64,000 bases of DNA from an uncultured Saprospirales bacterium (GTDB lineage Bacteria; Bacteroidota; Bacteroidia; Chitinophagales; JADIYW01), in the NCBI GenBank assembly GCA_938008535.1, contig CALLKF010000116.1, positions 11,376 to 75,375 on the forward strand, given 5' to 3'. Positions within the stretch are counted from its first letter, which is position 1. Each line of letters starts with the position of its first letter. Shown here piece by piece: positions 58,300-64,000 of the stretch. A program made the position numbers and the translations under genes. Under the pieces are notes generated by a model. The model was not told the origin of the DNA and ran no database searches. It saw only the letters and a program-made list of their open reading frames with translations.

Positions 58300-59415
58300 T
58301 TACGCACTTTGCAATACTTTTTTCAAATCTGGCCAAAAATGGCGATGGAAATAAATCCCAATGACAGCAAAGATGTCAATAAAGAAACCAATAAGCGTAA
58401 ACATGATTAATTGATTTCTGGTGGAAGTAACATTTTTGATTAATGGCAAATGCGGTTCATCAATTGTTTGGAATAAAGGCATAATAGACTGTTCATTTGT
58501 TTTTGCAGCTTCTAAGCTTCTTGCTGTTTCACCATATAAACCTTCTAATAGTGCTTTATTACGAACGTATCTAGTTTCTAGTAAATCTGCTTTATAGGTT
58601 ACTAGATTATTGGCTTTATCTTTGTAATCTGCCAAATTATATTCAGAGTTCTCGAGTTGTGCTTTTACGTAGGCAAGTTTCTCATCTAAAAACCGAACGG
58701 TGATACTAGCTTTACGAGTTGCTCTTTCAATATAGTAATCGATTAAATTCTCATAAAAACATTCACATAATAATTTTGAGAATTCTTCATTTCCAGTAGT
58801 TACAGTAATAGAATAGATTTCAGCTTCATCATAATCAACAGTTACCATAGAACGAATTCCACCTAATATTTTTTTGAAAACTAAGTAATCCTGTACACTC
58901 ATTTCCTTTACAGTTGTAAACTCTTTAAAATAACTACTCTTATAGTTTGAAAATAATTTTAAGTAATGGTTTCCTAAATAATCTTCTCTGTCTTGGAATA
59001 CATATTTTTTGAATACCATTTTAGATCCTACTTTTTCAGTAAAAGAGTATTCTTTTAATTTTTTAGGATTGTTAAAGTTATTATTGGTTGTTTGTAAGAT
59101 ATTTGAAAAACTACCAGCACCAAATCCTGGAATTTGAGGTCTATCTTCAGAAAGGAAAAAGGTAATTTTTGCAGTAAATGTTGGTTTTACTTGTTTGCTT
59201 TTGTAATAACCATACAAACCCATAATTATAATTGGAATTAGAAATATGAGTGCATAATTTCCTATGATGCCAAAAATTTCTTTAAAGACAGAAATTACTT
59301 GTTTAAATCCTTCATCTTTAGCAATTACAGTTCCATCAGAATCTTGCTCTGTTTCAATGGTTTCGTTAACTATTGCTTGCTCTAGTATTGGATCTTGGTT
59401 ATTATCTTCCATCAA
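58300..59415 (-). CDS. Wzz-like polysaccharide chain-length determinant protein (no kinase domain)
   Basis: Two TM segments (near the N-terminus and at the C-terminus) flank a coiled-coil-like periplasmic region. The gene is adjacent to the Wza-like gene. Confidence 0.6.
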   Translation of the reverse strand: MMEDNNQDPILEQAIVNETIETEQDSDGTVIAKDEGFKQVISVFKEIFGIIGNYALIFLIPIIIMGLYGYYKSKQVKPTFTAKITFFLSEDRPQIPGFGAGSFSNILQTTNNNFNNPKKLKEYSFTEKVGSKMVFKKYVFQDREDYLGNHYLKLFSNYKSSYFKEFTTVKEMSVQDYLVFKKILGGIRSMVTVDYDEAEIYSITVTTGNEEFSKLLCECFYENLIDYYIERATRKASITVRFLDEKLAYVKAQLENSEYNLADYKDKANNLVTYKADLLETRYVRNKALLEGLYGETARSLEAAKTNEQSIMPLFQTIDEPHLPLIKNVTSTRNQLIMFTLIGFFIDIFAVIGIYFHRHFWPDLKKVLQSA

Positions 59416-59423
59416 AATGACGT

Positions 59424-62153
59424 CTATTTTTTAGTTAAGGTTAATATCAGAACTAACAATGTGACCACTGAAGTTGTTGTTGCAATAGTTGCATTCAGTG
59501 CTTTATAAAAAGTTGCTGGATTTCCTTTTTTGGTTTCTTTTTTAGTTTTTGTTGGTTTTTTAGGAATTACAATTGTAGAACCTTTTTCCACTTTTGGGAA
59601 ATTTTTTCCAAATAAAGAACGATGTGTACCTAAAATTTGTCCATTTGGACGAATTACATATGTTTTTCTTCTAAATGCACTATCGCTAAATCCAGCACCA
59701 TATTTGTCTATATAAAACTTAGCGTCTTTGCCTTCGTTATATGGTACGTATAGATTTTCTGGTTTTTTATCTGCAGGATAATTAAATTCACCTCTAATTG
59801 AAACTAAATCTTTAATTGCAGGAATTTTTATAATATCACCTTTACGCAAAACGTAATTATATTTAGAAGTTTTATTTTTCAGTGCTTTATCTAGATCTAA
59901 TAATACATCTCCAATTCCATCTTCTGTTCTATTTAATCTCGCACCATCTGCATAAGCAAATCTTGTCAATCCACCAGATCTTTCAATTAGTGATGATAAT
60001 TTCTCGTCTTTTGTAGTTAACACATAATCACCTGGATATAATACTTCACCTTCTATTTTTACTTTCATTTGATATTCAAATTCTGGAGTTGGACGTACAT
60101 AAATTTGGTCAAAAGGTTGAAGCTTAATAGCGTTGGCAGTAGCATCTCTGCCGATATTTTTACTTACGCTATAACTTAAGATAGTAACCTGAGTTGGCAC
60201 AGATTGAGAAATTGCTTTGTCGTAGTTTGCAATACGAGCAATTTCAATTCTATTAGAAGCTGCTTCCATCTTAAAACCTTGTGCTAAAATTAAAGCGTCT
60301 GCCAATGTCATATTTTCCATGTAAGGAAAAGTATCTACTTTTCTTACTAATCCATTTACTTCAATATAGTATTTATCAATTCGTCTCAAATCTTTTAAGA
60401 CGATAATTTTATCTCTTTTTTTCAATTTAAAAGTATCTAAATTGGCGTAGTTGTCTGTTGTATCAATTCTGAATGAAATTAATTTTTCAGTTAGATCGTC
60501 ATTAATTCTATACACAATAATTTTATCTAACAACGCTTCTTCTTTCAATCCATTACACATAATAATTGCATCTCTAAGCGTCAATCCTTTTTCAGATTCA
60601 AATTTTCTTGGTTTTCTAACTTCACCTTTTACTTCTATATCGAACTTATCAAAAAAGTCAGTTTTAGCATAAACTTCTACTACATCTCTAAATGTTAATA
60701 ACATATTGTCTTCGCAGTTTTTATCTGCAATAATATTATTCAAATTAATTTTATAGGTATGTTTTCTGAAGTCATCAAAATTGGTTCTTGTTAAATAAGC
60801 TTCATCTAAATAAGCATCTTCTTTTAATCCTTGTGCTTTACTAATTAAATCCCAAACTCTGTCTCCTTCTTGCCATTGATATTTACCAGGCAACAAAACA
60901 GATCCGAATATTTCGTTATAATTTTTAATCTTATCAGGAATACTTCTAACGCCAACAACATCGCCATTTTTTAAATAAATTTTACTTCCAATTCTTTTAA
61001 TACTATCAATATCGTAATCAATTAAAATCTGCTTATTTTGATCGTATCTTCTAATTTGGATAACTTTAGTAAATGCATCAGGTTTGTAATTACCACAGTA
61101 CCTCAATAAATCATCAAAAGTTTCACCTTCTATCATTTCATATTTACCTTCTCTGTTTACTGCACCTTCTACTTTTACAATATTTTTTTGTGCCGGAACG
61201 TATATATAATCATTGTTATCTAAGAAAATATCATCTTGTTTTTCAGGTGTAAACAAGAATTTATACAAGTCAAATTTTCTGATAATTTTCCCGTCTCTTT
61301 TTATTTGAATATCTCTAATAGAACCAGATTTTGAAGGACCACCAACGTATGCTAAAATATTATAAGCTGTATTGATTGCTGGAAATGTATAAGAACCAGG
61401 ATTTTCTACGTCACCAACTACATTTATAGTAATTACACGTGAATAATTTATAGAAACATCAAACTGCGATTTATCAATCATGTAAGCACTTGCAAAGCGA
61501 GTACGTAATAACTCTTTTGCTTGCTCCAAAGTGAGACCTTTTAAATAAATACGGCCAATATTTTCTTGTTGAATGTAACCTTCTTTATCTATATAGAATA
61601 ATCGATTATAATCGGCATAACCCCAAATTGAAACGACAATTTGGTCACCAACACCTAAAACGTAATTCAATGGTGGTTTTATATCAACAGCATTATTAAA
61701 GATTTTTACGTCTTTTTGTCTGAAATAAGTAAAACCATAAATATCGACTGAATCTAATTTTTCCCTTAATTCTTTGGTAGCTGTTGCGGTTAGTTTTTCT
61801 ACTGTTTCTGCAGCTTTTTGTGCTTCTTTTAATAATTTATCAGGTGCATTTTGTCCAGATTTCACTTCTGTGCCTGCTTTTTCTGCATTTCCAATTGCAC
61901 CTTGTTGTTCATCTGCATCTTTTGAACGTGGTGTAAACTCTTTTGCGTTTTGATTAGCTTTTTGAACTTCGCCAACTTTAAGTTCACCTTGCTTAATATT
62001 GAGTGTATCTTCAATTTTTTTGATAATCTCATTTATCGAAGGTTCATCATCTAGTGGTATTGGTGTATATGGACTCAATATTTGTGCTTTCGTTGTAAAA
62101 ATAGAAGCAGCCATTATGAGTACAATAGAAAGAAGTTTAATCGTGTTTTTCAT
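59424..62153 (-). CDS. Wza-like polysaccharide export protein with multiple SLBB-type repeats
   Basis: Signal peptide, a Poly_export-like region (GVGDQIVVSIWGYAD), then repeated beta-grasp-like modules (GEV..PG.Y), and a C-terminal TM segment; 909 aa. Confidence 0.75.
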   Translation of the reverse strand: MKNTIKLLSIVLIMAASIFTTKAQILSPYTPIPLDDEPSINEIIKKIEDTLNIKQGELKVGEVQKANQNAKEFTPRSKDADEQQGAIGNAEKAGTEVKSGQNAPDKLLKEAQKAAETVEKLTATATKELREKLDSVDIYGFTYFRQKDVKIFNNAVDIKPPLNYVLGVGDQIVVSIWGYADYNRLFYIDKEGYIQQENIGRIYLKGLTLEQAKELLRTRFASAYMIDKSQFDVSINYSRVITINVVGDVENPGSYTFPAINTAYNILAYVGGPSKSGSIRDIQIKRDGKIIRKFDLYKFLFTPEKQDDIFLDNNDYIYVPAQKNIVKVEGAVNREGKYEMIEGETFDDLLRYCGNYKPDAFTKVIQIRRYDQNKQILIDYDIDSIKRIGSKIYLKNGDVVGVRSIPDKIKNYNEIFGSVLLPGKYQWQEGDRVWDLISKAQGLKEDAYLDEAYLTRTNFDDFRKHTYKINLNNIIADKNCEDNMLLTFRDVVEVYAKTDFFDKFDIEVKGEVRKPRKFESEKGLTLRDAIIMCNGLKEEALLDKIIVYRINDDLTEKLISFRIDTTDNYANLDTFKLKKRDKIIVLKDLRRIDKYYIEVNGLVRKVDTFPYMENMTLADALILAQGFKMEAASNRIEIARIANYDKAISQSVPTQVTILSYSVSKNIGRDATANAIKLQPFDQIYVRPTPEFEYQMKVKIEGEVLYPGDYVLTTKDEKLSSLIERSGGLTRFAYADGARLNRTEDGIGDVLLDLDKALKNKTSKYNYVLRKGDIIKIPAIKDLVSIRGEFNYPADKKPENLYVPYNEGKDAKFYIDKYGAGFSDSAFRRKTYVIRPNGQILGTHRSLFGKNFPKVEKGSTIVIPKKPTKTKKETKKGNPATFYKALNATIATTTSVVTLLVLILTLTKK

Positions 62154-62193
62154 TTTTATTATTATTATTTTTTCGTCATTTTAAATGATGAAA

Positions 62194-63246
62194 TTAATTT
62201 AATTCGTACTGTTTATTATAATATTTTTGATATTCACCTGATGTAACATTTGTTAACCATTCATCATTATTCAAATACCAATCAACTGTTTTTTCTAAAC
62301 CTTCTTCAAATTGAAGTGATGGTTTCCATCCTAGTTCATTTTCTAATTTTGTTGCATCGATTGCATAACGCTTATCGTGACCAGCTCTATCTTTTACATA
62401 GGTAATCAATTTTTCCGAAGTTCCAGTTGCTCTGTTCAATTTTTTATCCATTATAGAACAAAGCACTTTTATCAAATCAATATTTTGCCATTCGTTGAAA
62501 CCACCAATATTATAGGTTTCGCCAATTTTTCCCTTATGATAAATCACATCAATCGCATTTGCATGATCTTCTACAAACAACCAATCGCGTGTGTAATCAC
62601 CTTTACCATAAACTGGCAAATTTTTGTTGTTTTTAATATTATTGATGAATAATGGAATTAATTTTTCCGGAAACTGGAATGAACCATAATTATTAGAGCA
62701 GTTTGAAATTACAATTGGCAAACCGTATGTATTATTATAAGCACGCACGAAATGATCTGAACTAGCTTTTGATGCAGAATATGGTGAACGTGGATCGTAC
62801 GAAGTTTCTTCAGTAAATAAACCTGTTTCGCTTAAGCTACCATATACTTCGTCTGTAGAAACATGATAAAATAATTTGTTCTCGAAATTGTTTGACCAAG
62901 ATTCTTTTGCTGCATTTAGCAAATTTACAGTACCAACTACGTTCGTCATTATAAATTCCAACGGATTTAAAATAGAACGATCGACATGCGATTCAGCTGC
63001 TAAATGTATAACACCATCAAAATTATATTTTGCAAAAATTGCATTTACTGCTTTTGCATCAACGATATCCACTTTTTCAAATATATAATTTGATTTATCT
63101 TCAACATCACGCAAATTTTCCAAATTACCAGCATACGTCAATACATCTAAATTCACGATTTTATAATCAGGAAATTTATTGACAAACAACCTCACTACGT
63201 GTGAACCAATAAAACCTGCGCCGCCTGTAATTAATAGTGTTTTCAT
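62194..63246 (-). CDS. rfbB: dTDP-glucose 4,6-dehydratase
   Basis: MKTLLITGGAGFIGSH, and YSASKASSD (YxxxK). The start was moved to the ATG at 63246. Confidence 0.9.
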   Translation of the reverse strand: MKTLLITGGAGFIGSHVVRLFVNKFPDYKIVNLDVLTYAGNLENLRDVEDKSNYIFEKVDIVDAKAVNAIFAKYNFDGVIHLAAESHVDRSILNPLEFIMTNVVGTVNLLNAAKESWSNNFENKLFYHVSTDEVYGSLSETGLFTEETSYDPRSPYSASKASSDHFVRAYNNTYGLPIVISNCSNNYGSFQFPEKLIPLFINNIKNNKNLPVYGKGDYTRDWLFVEDHANAIDVIYHKGKIGETYNIGGFNEWQNIDLIKVLCSIMDKKLNRATGTSEKLITYVKDRAGHDKRYAIDATKLENELGWKPSLQFEEGLEKTVDWYLNNDEWLTNVTSGEYQKYYNKQYELN

Positions 63247-63276
63247 TCTTTTCTGTAAAATCTTTTTTTGCACAAA

Positions 63277-64000
63277 TTACAACGTCCAATATTCCAATTT
63301 AGAAATTTTGGTTTTGTACATATTTTTAATATCAACTAAAATAGCATCTTGATTTGTTAAACTAATAAAATAGTTTTCATCTAAATGTTTATAAGCATCG
63401 TGTGCCACTGCAACCACAATTACGTCATATTTTCCAGAAGCATCTTTACTTAAATCTACGTTATATTCTTCATGTACTTCATGCGCATCTGCATATGCAT
63501 CTATCATTTCTACCTCAATATGAAAATCCTTCAATTCTTTGTATAAATTAAACACTTTTGAATTGCGAATATCTGTTACATTTTCTTTGAATGTGGCACC
63601 CATAATTAACGCACGGCATTGTGATGGATTTTTGCCTTTTCCTAATAAATATTGCACCACTTTTTTGGCAATATAATTTGGCATTCCATCATTAATATTT
63701 CTACCACTTAAAATAATTTGTGGTTTGTAACCTAATTCATTTGATTTATATGTCAAATAATATGGATCAACGCCAATGCAGTGACCACCAACCAAACCAG
63801 GTTGAAATTTCAAGAAATTCCATTTGGTACCAGCAGCTTCCAAAACGTCGTATGTATTAATATTCATCAGATTAAAAATCTGAGAAAGTTCATTCATCAA
63901 GGCAATATTTAAATCGCGTTGTGTGTTTTCAATTACTTTTGCTGCTTCAGCAACTTTTATAGAAGCTGCTTTGTAAACACCAGGTTCTATAATAGAACCA
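63277..64000 (-). CDS. Nucleotide-sugar (UDP-glucose/GDP-mannose family) dehydrogenase, partial (5' end outside window)
   Basis: GGHCIGVDPYYL catalytic-Cys motif and a C-terminal UDP-binding domain. The frame stays open to the window edge upstream of the listed Met. Confidence 0.85.
   Translation of the reverse strand, partial: GSIIEPGVYKAASIKVAEAAKVIENTQRDLNIALMNELSQIFNLMNINTYDVLEAAGTKWNFLKFQPGLVGGHCIGVDPYYLTYKSNELGYKPQIILSGRNINDGMPNYIAKKVVQYLLGKGKNPSQCRALIMGATFKENVTDIRNSKVFNLYKELKDFHIEVEMIDAYADAHEVHEEYNVDLSKDASGKYDVIVVAVAHDAYKHLDENYFISLTNQDAILVDIKNMYKTKISKLEYWTL

Noticed and set aside
1-64000. Mobile elements, rRNA, tRNA and prophage
   Set aside because: No transposase, integrase, portal/terminase-like ORFs or RNA-gene signatures were recognised in any frame. 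The accessory character is limited to ~38.7-41.9 kb.

Overview
AT-rich chromosomal segment, by gene content most consistent with a Bacteroidota (Flavobacteriia-like) genome; all calls rest on motifs read in the ORF translations, since no database search was possible. It is mostly core metabolism. (1) 1-7.8 kb: a tightly packed kynurenine / 3-hydroxyanthranilate cluster (formamidase fragment, atypical SDR, aldehyde dehydrogenase, RidA, HAAO, ACMSD, kynureninase, KMO). (2) 17.7-33.8 kb: one long minus-strand respiratory block, Alternative Complex III actABCDEF followed by aa3-type oxidase genes (coxII, coxI, cyoE, two coxIII-like, coxIV), SCO, DUF420 and a small CxxC protein; here CoxII carries a C-terminal OmpA-like domain. 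(3) 57.7-64 kb: a polysaccharide export/dTDP-rhamnose locus. The only clearly accessory stretch is 38.7-41.9 kb. It holds a phased ~21-bp degenerate tandem array (10-11 units), an orphan OLD-family ATPase/Toprim nuclease, a divergent XRE-type HTH gene and a ParE-type toxin-antitoxin pair, with no integrase, transposase, helicase or reverse transcriptase partner. A family of intergenic imperfect palindromes built from short repeated words (including an exact 21-mer at two loci) recurs through the window. I saw no tRNA, rRNA, CRISPR or transposase.
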